A DNA stretch of 64,000 bases from Oopsacas minuta (taxonomy: Eukaryota; Animalia; Porifera), in NCBI GenBank assembly GCA_024704765.1, contig JAKMXF010000305.1:162682-226681 (forward strand), read 5' to 3'. The notes under the pieces are model-generated. The model worked only from the letters and a program-made list of their open reading frames with translations, made no database searches and had not been told where the DNA came from. A program made the position numbers and the translations under genes. Each line of letters begins with the position of its first letter. Position 1 is the first letter of the stretch. This document shows, piece by piece, positions 13,075-27,127 of the stretch.

Positions 13075-14388
13075 ATGACGCAATCAAAGTTCATGGGCAT
13101 AAATGTTAATGCTTTCTTTTTGTCAAATTTTTCCGAAATACTCAAGACTTAAACTATACTTTTATCAAAATACCTTCTACTTGTTAAATGTTAGTTTAAG
13201 TAACCAAAAGATGTTCTTCATATTCATAAACGCTCGTTAAGAAATCGTTTTAAATTCGCATTCCTAACTCTTGTCGGGTATGAAAAGCCATCCACGGAGA
13301 TGTTTTATCAGCTCAGGAAATGACCAGAAATCACAAGGTGATAGATCTGTGGAATACGGAGGACGTTCCATCGTTTCAAACCTGATATCCCCAATGACTG
13401 CCCCAACGTATTTTGAAAAATGAGGCACTATAGTGGAGAAATTTGATTCCTCGTGTTCCTGTATGCGGACGTCATGTTCTATAGCTCTCTCGACTTCTCT
13501 TAGACATTCATATGTGTAAAATTCTCCAATGAGTCGTTCTCCTTTAGACACAGGTCCTAGAGCCACTAGCGCATACGCATCAAAAATATGTTGTAGAACC
13601 TTATCGTCTCAGAAATCCGGACGTGCCTTTTCAGGGGATAAGAAACTTTTGGTAGCCACGATTTGCTTTGTTCCTTACACAGGGGTTCAGAATATTTGAT
13701 CCAAGTTTCGTCACTAGTAACGATTTTATATAACATTCGAGATTCACAATCCCTACATTTTTTAAGCAATTATTTTGCGCATGAAACCCTCTTCTCCTTT
13801 TGGCCCTTTGTGGGGATTTTTGGCATCCATCGTGCTGAAATCTTTCGATACTAGAGATAATCGTGTACAATTGTATGAACACTTCCCGATGAGATGTCCA
13901 GAATTAGGGAAATCTCTTCAACGCTCAAATGGGGTCAATATCCAGAAGTACAAGGATTTCAGAGAAAATTTCAGCGGTGGTAGCAGAAATTGTTCTTCCG
14001 GTCCGAGGGGCATCTTCAATGCTCCCCCTACCAGACTTAAAATTGCATACCTATTCCATTACAGTGGGATACGCTAGAGCTTCCCTATGATAAACAGTGA
14101 CGAGATCCTTATGTATCTGGAGTGGGTTGTCGCCGAGTACGTACGAATCTATATGTAAGCTCGTTGTTCGGTTTGCTTGAAACGTATTGTGAAGCCATGA
14201 AAAGTTGAATCTCAAAATAGGTGAAATTGAAAGTAGGATAGATCAAGATATATATTAGCTAGAGTGAATTGCTCAACAGCATTAAATAGTTAATCGATAG
14301 CACTATTAGGATATACTATGCATCTCACGTAATCGAGTAGAGTTTGGCTGCCATAAACTAAGGATGGGAACTTTTTGAATGCCCCAAG
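13075..14388 (-). mobile_element. Degenerate mariner (DD34D) element
   Basis: ORF fragments KIVTSDETWI and RPPYSTDLSPCDFW. TIR TA|CTTGGGGCATTCAAAAAGTTCCC ends at 14388. The left TIR is only weakly recognisable near 13075. Confidence 0.75.
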
Positions 14389-17300
14389 TAGTAGGCCATG
14401 ATTGATTTGATTATGCAATAGAGAAGAGTTGAATAAAGCATAAAGAGCAATAATTACATATTTCTGATTGAGTAATATAGTTAGACAGGAAGAGAAAGTT
14501 TTCGTGCAACAGTATAAATTAGAATCATGCATCGCAGAAATAATTAGATAAAACTGACTATTCGCATAATTGGAACAAAGGATTGGTATTTTATGTGATT
14601 GTTTTAACTTGCGGATTAAAATAGCTCTGGAAATTACATGTATCCATATTTATCTCTTTAACCATAACAAGGAAGAAATTCTTTAATATCAGAGTAGTAA
14701 AATACAATAATTTCTAAAAGTCTGTGTAGATACGTGTAGTTATTAATTGTGTAATGTATATGAACTCTTTTGTGTGTAAATTAATACTAAATATTGTCTG
14801 CATAAATGCATATTGGATATTACCTGTATAATTCTATATCATGTTTTCCACAGATATTTGCAAAGATAAGTGATTTGAATAATATAATCAGTTAATACTG
14901 CACAACTATACTGATTAGTTGATGGTATTTATATAAGAATTAGAAATTAGAGCAATTTAACATTAAATGGAACCATCAAATATCAAAACTCAGCTTCTCT
15001 CATTGCTAGAAATAACATCATCCATAAGTAATTAGCATTTATTCACTATTACTGGATAAAATTGATATTGTTATACACGTTTACATCTCGATATTCAATT
15101 AGATTTATGGGAAGAAATAAGAGTTTGAACTGACCCCACTTTATGTAGTATCAGATTAATCCCCTCTGAATTGGCATAACAAGGCGAGTAGTTAATATTT
15201 ATAATGAAATTACATTCACATAAACGTTTATATGGCACAAAAGTTCAGAAGAATTTTCAGAATCGAAATAGAACCTTTTGGTAGATTATTTTAAGGAAGT
15301 AGTAAAACTAATTAATTGAACAAAATGAAGACAAAATTTTGAAAATGCCAAAAAATCATGGTCGTGAATGTTCAACTATCCTCTACCAAGGATATTAATT
15401 TAAAAAAAAATCAGATGGGTAGATGTGAGACAAATTTGTGACGGACTTGAACCAAATTGAATAGTCTGTTAACTTCACATCGTTTTATCAAAGAAGGTAG
15501 AACAAAGAGTCACTCAATAGGGTTTCGTTTGAGAATGGAAAAATGACAAATATCTACTTAAGGTCTATCAAACTTCTCGAGATATGTGATAATAATACAT
15601 TTTTCGTTGGGCTCTTTGTTATGAATCCTTCCCGGGGAAATAATTAGCCGAATATCATACGGTTCCGCAAAAGTGTCAAGTAACGAAAAGGAAAACCGTA
15701 ACTTACCACTCGGTTTTAACCAATTCCCGCACTCAAATCGAGATTTCAGTACCTTTTGCCGTTATAAAATGACACATTTTCTGGGCAGTTTAGTTAAATA
15801 GAGAAAGCAGAGACAAAGTCTTTGGCATGTTTTTCTAAAGAAATTGCAATTGAAAACCGACGAAGCCAGATTTTCTCATTAAAACGGGCACTTAGTACCT
15901 CTTTTGTTGAAGTTAAGTGGAAATTCGACCAAATTGTATTTTAATTATTTAGATTAGTTTTGGAAATATAGTGATGATATTTGTAAATGCTGCTATGAAT
16001 ATTCAAAAACTAGGAAGAATACCACCGTTACGGCTGATTTTCTCAGTTTTTGACACTAGGATACTATCCACATAAAATTTGAATATAATTGATCAAATTT
16101 TGTCACCCAACTAGGTTTAGGTCAAAATGCAAAAATCTCTTTATAATGACAACGCTGAAGAATGCGGCCTAAAAAGGTCCAGAATGACAGCTACATGACA
16201 CGTCCCTATTCAAAATTACTCTACTATAACCGATATCAGCCGAAGTGGTATATTTTTAACGAAAAGAACACCATAATTTTACCACTGCGTTTAAATAATT
16301 TCCCACATCCATGTCGATGTTTTAGTACCTTTCTGACGCCATACAATGACACATTTTCTCGGAAGCTTCTGTTAAGTAGGCCATGCAAAATACATATACT
16401 TGGCAAAATGTACTGTTTATGTGATATAAAACAATTCCGTATGATAATATGATATTCATAGTTCATTGGTACATCTATAGTACTGAAGGACTTCTGATGG
16501 TATCAGATGATTTTATGTGTGATCCTTATTCCTTATGGCAATAAAATTTTCATCTTAGGACAAAAGTGAAATCTTCAATTAATATATATATAATGAAATA
16601 TATGCAAACAATGTCGCCTATGCATATAATATTTACTGTATTATGAAATTCAATAGCATGTATATTAAGGGGGAGGTGAGGTTCATTAGGAAAATGGGTC
16701 ATCAAAGAATTTTAAGTTTAACAATTAGGTGAGGATATTAGGGAACAAAAACGGCGTCAATTATTGAGAGATTGAGGATACATACACCTCAAGTGACCAA
16801 CAACATGCTGGTTTGACCAGCTTTCGTAGAGCATAAATAAATATTGTGAACTCTCCCTTAATTGACGCTAGCTCGCACAAAACTAGATAAAGAAAGGTCG
16901 TGTATTAACATCATCCTGTTTTCTGGAGGATTTAGTTAACTGAATATGAAGTCTATCGACATGATATACGCGAGCATTAGTTGTATCCATAATAATGAAT
17001 ATATTGCATCTAACAATTCAATGACTACCACCAATTTACTTTGTTGAGATAGGCTGGGGAGAAATGAAACCAAATCCGATAGATTGATCAATAACTTACA
17101 GATATTAATGACAAATGTTAAACATTTGAACTTTAAAGTAAAATATTAGCGAAATTTTTCTTCCCCGCGAATCATATTCCACTTGGATTCACTAATAAGT
17201 AATTTTCTACCATTCAGTCAGACGATTCATAGGCTACAATTTATAGAAATGTGATATAGTACAAACATTTACAAGATGCAAGAAGTAAATCAAAAAATAT

Positions 17301-17598
17301 AATTTAAGGAAATAGGGTCGAATAAATAGGCAATCATGAGAAAGAAGCAATAGATTAGTTGCGAGATTTAAATGTGATAGAATCTTATGAAAAGCTTGCG
17401 CAAATGGCACAGTAATTCAAAATCCATGGTATCTTCTATATGAATGCGCAAATCTAATGAAAAATGCCAAACAATAGAATGATTTATTGCAAAACGAAAA
17501 GAGTGAAGTTAATTGAATAAATATTAATTATCCAGTTAGAGTGAAAAGATATCATAAGTAAATAAAAGAACAAATATTTATCATTAAGATTAGTCAAC

Positions 17599-17749
17599 CT
17601 TCTGATCTTCTCATGTACATCTTCATCAAATTGATAATCTCCCGAAATTGGATCCACTTTGCATGATTGTAAATGTTGTTCGTTGCTATCTGTAATATCA
17701 GTATCAGGATGACTCAAAGTCTTCATAATTCTTGCATTCGGAAATTCAA
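17599..17749 (-). CDS. DOCK: DOCK-family GEF, DHR-2 exon (third in transcript order)
   Basis: Acceptor tttag|TT GAA TTT CCG AAT GCA. Peptide (V)EFPNARIMKTLSHPDTDITDSNEQHLQSCKVDPISGDYQFDEDVHEKIR aligns with the DOCK1-type segment [33 protein letters not shown]. Phase 1 matches the upstream exon. Donor AG|GTTGAC is inferred. Confidence 0.85.
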
Positions 17750-17819
17750 CTAAATCATAAAATTGCATAAAGCAAGGTTAAAGGTGCCCCGACCGGAGAT
17801 AAATTGCTGCCTTAGCGGG

Positions 17820-18842
17820 GCTTGTCAAAAGGTCAGGTCATGCCCTGAAATGACTTTAAGTGACCTGACCAAAATTTTGAGCGACTAGACCTGATTTGAA
17901 AATACCTGACGTTAATGAGGTGATTTCAGGTCATTTTTACGTCATTCCTGATCATTTTGTGTATTTTCACCAAATTTGCAGGCGTGAGGGAATTTCCAAA
18001 ATGATTTCCTCCCTTATAATTTTACCATGCTAATTCCATCACTTACCTCGTTTCGAGTCAGAAATACCATAAATGTAAAAGGCTCTGCTAAAATTAACAT
18101 TGAATAAATGCAATATACCCCCATCCCATAGAGCAAGGGTTCCCAATCTGCGTTACGCTTATCCCTAGGGATACGCCAGGACTATTTGAGGGGGTACGCG
18201 AGAAGGTTGAGTCATTTCCGGATCATATTTCTAATTTGTAATTATTATACCAATTAACTGGAAATTAATCGAATTTAATTATTTGACACAAAATTTGCAA
18301 TAGTAATAATATATTTCGTAGAATATGATCATAGGCGTAATGATTTAATTACTTTTCTATTAGACAGAATTTATTAACCGAATACGACCAGGGAAAATGT
18401 GTGATCTTATGAGATCAACGTCAATAAGGTCCTGAAATCCCGATTTGAGTGCGGGAATCGGTTAAAACGAAGTGGTAAAATCTTAGTGTTCCTTTTTGTT
18501 ACAAAAACACTACGGCCGTAATCGGTTAAGTATATTAATTTTTGGAATTTACAATGGGGGTACGCGGTGAATATTTTTTCCAAAGTAGGAATGGGTTACA
18601 AAAGGTTGAGAACCCCTGCATTAGAGTTTGATCCCCTCTAATTCTATGTTGATTTATCGAACTCAATTAATAGGAAATTAACTTAAATTGTCATGAAAAT
18701 AACCTAAATACATCTAAAATAACAACCTGAAAATGACCTGTAGATGACCCGAAATTGATCTAATGAATCTTTAGGCCTGATTGGAATTAGATTTTGCATA
18801 TATGACTTGACATGACATGACTTTGTAGGACCTTCGACAAGC
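17820..18842. mobile_element. Non-autonomous TIR element (class unclear), host of a nested MITE
   Basis: Imperfect terminal inverted match GCTTGTC(A/G)AA(A)GGTC and many TGACC/TGACCTG subterminal motifs at both ends. TSD not resolved. Confidence 0.5.
18134..18618. mobile_element. hAT (Charlie/Buster-type) MITE
   Basis: TIR CA(A/G)GGGTTC(C/T)CAA. The 8-bp flanks CCATAGAG / CATTAGAG are only a partial TSD. Confidence 0.6.
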
Positions 18843-19905
18843 ATAAAGGAAAACTGGAACTATTCGATAAAGTCAACCGAACAACGACAATATTCGGTTA
18901 AGTCTAAAGAATACCAGTCATATAATTGAGCGTACACGTGCGATGATAATCACTCGGTTTTTAAACAAATAGCAACACCTCGTCAAATGATATTCGATCA
19001 GGCTAAATATGCAACTATTCGGTCGCCAAATGATAAAATAATTACAATAATGGACAAGAGTGTAAATAATAGGCAATAAGTTCTGTGAAAACTGTAAGTT
19101 TAGAATGCTGAGGGCGCATAGATTCCGATGTAGAATTTAGACGTTTCGATATACAAGGCCCTGTAAAGTAATATACTTGATTTCGTCCCCACCGGCAACA
19201 AATTTGTCCCCTCCCGGAGAGATGCTATGATTTTCAAATTTATGGATAATTCTTGGTCTCAGAGTGTGCACCCCCTTCTTCTATTCTATAGTTAAAGATT
19301 CAATATTTTTAATGCACAGAGAGAAGGTGGCGAGAAAATCAAACGGCCAAAATATTTTATATATTTACTGGTTATAAAAATACACTGCCGCTAGCCGTCC
19401 CACTTTCCTGAAGAACTTTCAGATGAGAAACAGTAAATACTTTTACAAGGCACAACATGTTGTGTATTTGATTAAACACATGCTCACATATTTAGTAGTT
19501 AATCAATAGTCTAGGTTAAAAATGTTGAAATTCGAAATAATAGTAGTATACACCCAATTTCCCTTACCATAAAATACATTTTGATGAATTCCCTGAAGAA
19601 TATTGCGTGATGTAGAATATAATGAAAAGGACATATTTATTATTGCGTCACATTGATAGGAAAAGTCATATAAAAATGCATTAAGGTGTTATGAGAAATC
19701 AAGTACAATATCCCATAAATTGGGTATCCTTATTTGGTCAGAATTGTTAGAACTATTGAGTCATAAGAGGATATTGACAAAACAACTGCTACACATGGCC
19801 TGAGCAAGTATTTTCTCAGAACGTATCAACTTCATAATGACAATTGAGTCTATTTTGTACAGAAATGGTAATAGAAAATTGAGTATTTCAAAATTATAAA
19901 CACTA

Positions 19906-21244
19906 CAGGGTGTCTCAAAAGTTTTTCACCTTATTCATCAAGCCAGTAAATTGTATTTAACGTATAGAATCATTAGACTATTTGCCAATGTATTTACCGT
20001 TAAGTTCAATACAAGATTTAATGCGGTTTTGCATTCCATCGATTAAAATTCTGGAGAATCGATGGGCTAATACAACTCCAGATATTATCAAAGATTTTCG
20101 CGAGTTGTTTTAGAATAGTAGCAGGCTTCCTCTTGTCCAGCTCTGCCTACATAATGGCCCACAGGTCTTCTATAGGATTCAAATCTGGCGAGTTAATAGG
20201 CCAGATATCTTTCGCCCAGAATCCTGGTAAATGATCAGAAATCCACTTCTGTACTATGCAACAGTATGAGCGGCGCTCCTTCCTGCATAAAAAAGTGTCG
20301 GACATCTTACGATACAATTTCCTCTGAGTCAGGGGCCCTCTTATCCTCTTACGTTTATATGTAGGAAGACAGCACTTTTCCAGTATTTCATTGATATAAT
20401 AGTCCGCATTCAAAGATTGTCTTGGAGAGATTAGATGGAGTTCTGATAGTCCAAGATGACTCATCATTCCCCAGAGCATTAATCTTGGAGGATTTTTAAC
20501 CGTTTCGACAGGAGTGATATCACGCGAACTGACGTCCCAAATCCGATCATTCTGTGAATTTGTAGGGAGAAAAAGCTCAAAGGGGCTTTCATCACTGAAG
20601 AAAACTCGCTCCCAATCAAGTGAAGTCCAAGGTTTATGCTCAAGACAGAACTTGATTCTTTTTCGACTTCTGTACTTCGTTAATTTAGGGATTGATGGCC
20701 GTTTATATGCTTTAGCCCCAAAAGAATTATGTAAATAACTGTGAACAGTATCTTTCCTAATAGCAACATATTTATTTGAAATATATTTCGCCAATTTCCG
20801 AGTTGAATGCCATCGTTTATCTATCGATTATCGAATTATTATTTTCGGGACCCGGGATAGTTTCGGCGGACGTCCAGAACGAGGCTTGCCATTGAACATT
20901 TCTCCAGGTTTTGCTTTTTGTTCCAATTCTTTACGGTTCGAATTGTGAATCCAAGTGTGTCAGCAACTGCTCTTTGAGTGGAACCAGTTAGTAGCATACC
21001 TATCGCTCTCTCGCCGATGGATAATCTTGTGATTTTACATCCATAATATTGAAATATGATAATTATACAAAGTTTCGCAAAATGAATCACAAACTTAAAT
21101 ATTTGATACCACTCATGATTGAGAACAGTAATCAACTATAAATTGACAATACTAGAATAAATGGGTAGGTAGTAAATGAAGTAGGCTGATTTCTGTTCAA
21201 ATATATTGAAATACTAATAGTGAAAAAACTTTTGAGACACCTTG
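19906..21244 (-). mobile_element. Tc1/mariner-superfamily DD37E-type element, degenerate
   Basis: TIR CAGGGTGTCTCAAAAGTTTTT(T)CAC, TA TSD (19904-19905, 21245-21246). ORF pieces FFSDESPFE and FWAKDIWPINSPDLNPIEDLW. Same family as 58913-60262. Confidence 0.9.
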
Positions 21245-24211
21245 TAGATACAGCATACATATACATACTATTGTATATGAAGCTATATTACTGTTCTATA
21301 AATAATTTCTTTGGTCATTAGCTTTCGCACATATCAATGAAGGTTATTCTGGCCAGGAATGACTCCTGATAATAGAGTAAGAATAGAATAGTTGTATACA
21401 TAAAAGTAAAGATTTTGACTTTGAAATTAAAGTGTTTCCATACTCTAATACTGTTAACGTCAAATCTTTTAATTCTTAGCAATAATATAACCTCATCAAA
21501 TCCTTTGAAATTGATTTAAATCCCTTCCAACTCCAAAGCAAATCCTCTCAACTCCCTTCATATTCGGAGGCGGAGCCACTGTGGGTGTCCGAACACCCAC
21601 TACCTGTAATGAATTCAGTGTTACCATTTTGGAAATGATTGTTAAATGTACAGAATGGCCCAAGTAAATGCATACCTGATATGTAGACTATCATGTGTCC
21701 AAACCAAAATTAGCAAAAACCATTCAAGATGTGCCAATCTCTTTGCTTAGTAAACATTATTTGGAGAAAGTGCGAAATCTTTGGTGAGCTGTAGAACGTT
21801 AATTTTCGGATCTTTGATGCCAAAATTAATTTACGAAAAGATGTAAAGATTGTTTTGTAATACATACTAAAAATACGAGTATGAAGTTGGGTGAATAGTC
21901 GACAAGCAGTAGTTCAACCATAAACTTGACTAGCCTCCCATGGTCAGAATGCAAATATTTTTGGATTATTTGAAAGAAGAGATACGGACGTTTCTGAAAA
22001 TGAATTCATATTTTATAAACGTATATATTTCTAATAGAAATTGGTATATCTAACTAGCAGTAGTTCACATATGAATTTAGTATACTTAAATAAATTTATT
22101 TTCCTGAAATCATGGGCATGTATTCCTGCTGTATCGGCGTTTGTGTGTTTTAAATATTATGTTAAAATAGTCAAAACCTTTTGAGATTTAGGCTTCAATA
22201 CTGGCTTGTATGAGTCGAGTTTCTATTAGATTTATATTAAGCACACAAATTTAATGAAACCTTCTAATTCATTCTAACTATAGTAACGTATAACATATTA
22301 CTGTAATACCAACTGTTTGATCTCAGTTGACTCACTATGAATTACTCAATGAATTAAAGAATGTACAATTAAGTTCAATTATGTCATAGCATTTAGTTAT
22401 CATATTTTCCAAAATAGAATTAAAATATTCAATGTTAGAAATGTCGAGTAGAAATGGATAATCAATTTAGGATTATATGATCCATGCATAGTCTTGATTT
22501 ATGGAGTCACGAGTTAATGGATTTAGTTGTTGTGTCCCTCTCAAGTAGACAGCAGAAGTTATGAAGCTATAAGAACTCACATATATATTCTAGGTTAGAT
22601 TATTTATCTTCACTACTGTCATAAAGTATATTTCATTCGTTTATCCTTTTCATTGTTCACCACTCGTATGGCGTAACATTATGCTTCAGAGATACGCTGT
22701 GTTGTAGAGCATTGTAGGAGCACCCTCCAATTTTGAGGAACGGGACCTAGAGCGGGCTCTATTTATGATTCAGGGGAGGTAGCTGGAGCGGCACTCTATT
22801 TTTGAAGGAGCGCGTTCCTATTTAATTGCAAGCAGTTTACAAATTTCATCGTTAGTTTGCATAAAATTGAGTACTCTTGCTATAAATTTGATGGTGAGAC
22901 ACTTTTGTATAATTCACAATTTATTGAAATGTTTTGACGTTGCATATTTAATAAATTCTCGAATAGAAAATGGTTAAATTCATTATTATATCTCAAAATC
23001 AATCCTGATTTCTTAAAATACAAATCTCATGTAATTCTGAGAGAATGAAAAGGAGAGCAGTTGGAGTGGGAGCCGGAGTACGCTCCATTTCTGAGAAAGG
23101 AGGGGAGGTGGGAGGGTGCACCCTTTTCAGCGCAAGAGCGCGCTCCTAAAAATTAGGAGCGCTTAATGCCCTGTTGTGTTGTTGGTACTTTCCAACTGTA
23201 TGGGCCATTTCAAATGTCAAATACCATGTATTATCTCTTACGTAGGTTACTAGGGACAAAATACTCTTTACTTATGTAATGTTATAAGTCTATATATCAA
23301 ATGCTCGCATAATTTGGGCCCATAAATCCTCACTTAATGCCAGAACCCGACTGGATGACCTGGAGACAACCCTCGATAGGGCATAATAAGTAAGCTAATA
23401 GCAGTAATATAGAAACAGCAGAGAAAGAAACAAATAACTAATATATAGCTATATTAAGTACAGGTTTTTTATTAGCTTTTCTATCATCTTAGAAGTCATT
23501 TTTTCGGATTAATGAAAGTCGACATTTCGAATAAGGGCATGAAGCTTTGTATTATTGCGAAAAACTGTATTATAACTTAGCTATTTATAAGGAATCAGAT
23601 ATAAAAAACATAAACTAGGGGTAGGACAGCAGGAGTACGCCTGAATCTACTTAAATATATATTTAAGTAGCCAGGGCCTCAATTACACCAGGTTTTAATT
23701 AGAGATTAAACAGGTGGGTGCTTTGTTGTTATCCTAGAAGCGAGACTGTATCTACACTTACTACGCCGTCCAAGAATTTCAAATATACGTACATTAGAAC
23801 ACACCCAACTCCTGTTGTTTCAAACTTGAATACAGTAGACGCATAATATAGCCAGCGCTGTCCGGTTTTTATGGCACTTTGGGTACTGTTTGTTTTAGTA
23901 CTGCTATGTTAAGTGAGAGTTTACTGAACCAATTTCTTAGGGTGCTACGGTTTAACTGGACCACTTCAAAACACGTTCCTCCATGCCTGATTTAATAGCA
24001 ACAGTTATGAATACATACAAGTTTTGTGAACATCATATACAGACATTAGCACACATTTTTAGCAAACAAATTCAAACATGCGAGGTTACCATACGAAATT
24101 GCTGCTACTTCTATATAAATTTTACATGAACACAATCTCTACCTCAAAGCCTGAGAGTCTAGAGACTTCAGAACTCCCCAAGGTACCCAAACTTGGCGCC
24201 TATGTTAATAT

Positions 24212-24377
24212 AAGTAGACTCCGCATAATAGGATTACATTGTACCAGTCCGTTTTGACCCAATTATGCGAAAAAAGGTGTCGCCCGATTAATCAGAATCA
24301 TTTAACACTATTTAGATTGTTCTGTTTCTGGCCAAGTGACCCGATTAAACGGTGGCTCTATTAAGCCTAGTCTACTG
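24212..24377. mobile_element. Degenerate copy of the 8663-8848 MITE family
   Basis: Ends AGTAGACT...AGTCTACTG. Internal TTTTGACCCAATTA(T)GCG and TTGGCCAAGTGACC(C)GATTAA blocks are shared with 8663-8848. Confidence 0.65.
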
Positions 24378-24532
24378 CAGTTCCAGACGATGTTCATATA
24401 ACCAAAATATATTCACGCTCATATCAAAGTGATATTTCCTACCAAGCCTCCAGTCGAGGCTATAACTCACAATCAATGATTTAGTTGTACTTTGTGGAGA
24501 TGGTGGATATGGAGAAGCGCTTTACACTGGAA

Positions 24533-26240
24533 CAGTGGCGGACATTTGACGAAATATTGGGGGGGGCGAAATTAGTTGAGACTCATCCCATTCTCAGTAT
24601 TCTTAGTCAGTGCCCCCTATTAATCTTCGTACTGCCAGCGGCTGATTTTGTGATTACATGTATCTTTTGTGTTTTGTGTTAGACGTATCGTATATCATAA
24701 TGAAAAGGACGGCGAATAACGCAAATCTTTATCAATAGCGTCATATTTTGCTAAAAGGGTGGAAACAAAAGCCGAAGAGAACAATCAGAATTGCTCTCTA
24801 GCCAGTACTGAAACCCTATTCCATCTACATCTGCGCATTCTGCGACAGTTACCCTCATTGGCCGCTACAATTTCAATTGATCAAGACGTGAATGTGAGTG
24901 GCCTTGGAATTTTGATTGACGGACCAACGCAGCCAAATTTACTGTCCTATCCGAGAGGCCAAAACAATCGTTCTTTTCGAGCAATCTGGTATACTAGCTT
25001 CCCATGGCTTGAATAGAGCATTGCAAATACAAGGCGTTTAGTTTTGCTAGTAGAAACTTTAGCACATCAATATCAAAAAGTAATACAGCATTTACTAAAG
25101 TTGGCTCTTCTACCTGGTCAAGGGCGATGGAAACAAACCGCGTTTTTAAGTCCCATGACGCAAGCTCTGATCACCTATTTTCCATAACTCGCTGGGAAAG
25201 TTACAGCACCCAGAAAAAGAATCCAACAGCCGGCATCAGAAATATAATAGAACCTGAGAGGCCTTCTGTAGTGGAAAATAATCGAGAATACATGAAAGCA
25301 CTGTTGGAGTATTCATCAGTATTTTTGTTCTGAGGGGATAGCATATAGAGGACACAATGAAACTAATGAATCTATTAATGTTGGAAAGTGGAAAGAATTT
25401 ATCAAGACTATGCTAGGCACTAACCCAACATTCAAACAACTGCACGGTAGAATGTTACAACATACAATGCGTACGATTACACGTCAAAGCGATCTCAATC
25501 GATTTGATAAAAGCGTTAGATTCCGAGGTTCGTCATCAAATTGAAAAACTATTAAACTGCGCGGGGATGTAATCAATGTTCATTGATGAATGCAAAGATA
25601 ATGTGGGGCATGAAGAACTGTCCACCCTGTTTTAGATCTGTAAACGAAGGACAAATCGAAAAGCGATTTTATGATCTCACCAGGCTAAAAGAAACTATTG
25701 CCCAGACTATTGTGAAAGGAGTTTTGCCAATCATTGAAAAACAGTTTTCTTCCACCACGCTATTGGCACTTGGAGCAGATGGCGCATCTATTATGAGCGG
25801 GTGTTACAAAAGTGCAGGTGTTAAACTAAAAAGACGTTACCCTTGGTTGCTGTACATCCATTGTGCTGCGCACCGTTTGAATTTAGTTGTAGCTGCTTAT
25901 TTTTGGACAGTTTCTGAAGCAAATAATGTTATAAATGTCCATAAGTCGTTACATGACATTCTCAACATCGCCATTCACAGGGAAATATTGGAATCTGTTC
26001 AAAAGGAGTGTTATCCCAAACTGAGTATAATGGCAGCCTCCTCTCTCACAGAAATCCGATGGTGTTGTAAGTTTGAGGAAGGTAACACTATAGTGAAAAG
26101 ACTTCGGGCAATTCTTGTACATCTACAGAAGATTTGGTGCTTCGAATTCAAACCAAGTTGATTTGGCTTCGGGTCTCTATCACAAGATTCTCTCGGGAAA
26201 ATTTGTTATATCGCTTTGCTTTATCCACAAGGTATTAGTG
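24533..26240 (+). pseudogene. 5' part of a second ZMYM1-type hAT (TIR plus truncated transposase)
   Basis: CAGTGGCGGA terminus at 24533. TTF-like GPTQP..SYP...NRSFRAIWYTSFPWLE, and LGADGASIMSG...YIHCAAHRLNLVV...EIRW. No matching right end found. Confidence 0.85.
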
Positions 26241-26254
26241 TATTCTTTTTGCCT

Positions 26255-26400
26255 TCCAAATCACCAGCAATAAAGGGCAGGGTCAGAGTTTGAAAGCTGT
26301 AGGAATGTTTCTACCATCTCTAGATGCTATATTTAGTCACGATCATTTAGACGTAGCACTGAAAAGAGTACAAAAACCTCGAGGTTTGAAAGTGTGGCAT
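26255..26400 (+). pseudogene. Helitron PIF1-helicase C-terminal fragment
   Basis: Manual translation ITSNKGQGQSLKAVGMFLPSLDAIFSHDHLDVALKRVQKPRGLKV resembles the PIF1 consensus TINKSQGQTL..VG.YL....FSHGQLYVALSRV. Confidence 0.75.
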
Positions 26401-27127
26401 GTGGGCTAACTCTATTAGGAGGTATATGGGTTAGAAACTTAGTTTATTGAGAAATATTCCAAAAACATCTTGGGCATATCTATCTATCCCTCCACGAAAA
26501 ACTGAAGTCTCATTAATGGATTTGTCATCAACTGATACTACCTTCACTAATCCATAGCAAGATGGTAAGTCAGTAGGTATTGACTCATTTTCCCCTTCAG
26601 AATCTGTCAATAGCTCTACTAAAGTAGACTCTAATGAATCCGAACAGGTCCGAAAGGTTATAGAACTTCTGGGAAATGTTCATAAATGTTCAAAAATAAC
26701 TAATTGTATCAAATTCTACTGTGGACTAATACATTTCGATATATTACACATGTTTACAGATAAATAACCGTTTGCACAACTATCGACAAAATGTCCCCTA
26801 CATCTCATAATATTGTTTCCGAACGAATTAATTTGCAGGATGTGCTGCATACCCATGCGAATATAATTAGCACAAAGTATGGACATAAAATGTAGAGAAA
26901 TACCATCTGTTTGAATAAATGAAACTCAACATTTGAAATAGCAGTATACAAGAATACTGTATTTCTAGGTTTACACAGTTTTTGGAAGAATGATTAACTT
27001 ATGTCCAGTAATAGGTGAAAGTAATGGTATATACTGAGCACTCTTTCATAATATTTTCGTACAAATACATTGTAGGACTCAATAGAAATTCACATAATTG
27101 GTAAGATTTGTGAAAACCAAGAACAAA

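Noticed and set aside
17340-17460. AG|A TTC TAT as the next DOCK exon
   Set aside because: The frame hits TAA after three codons.
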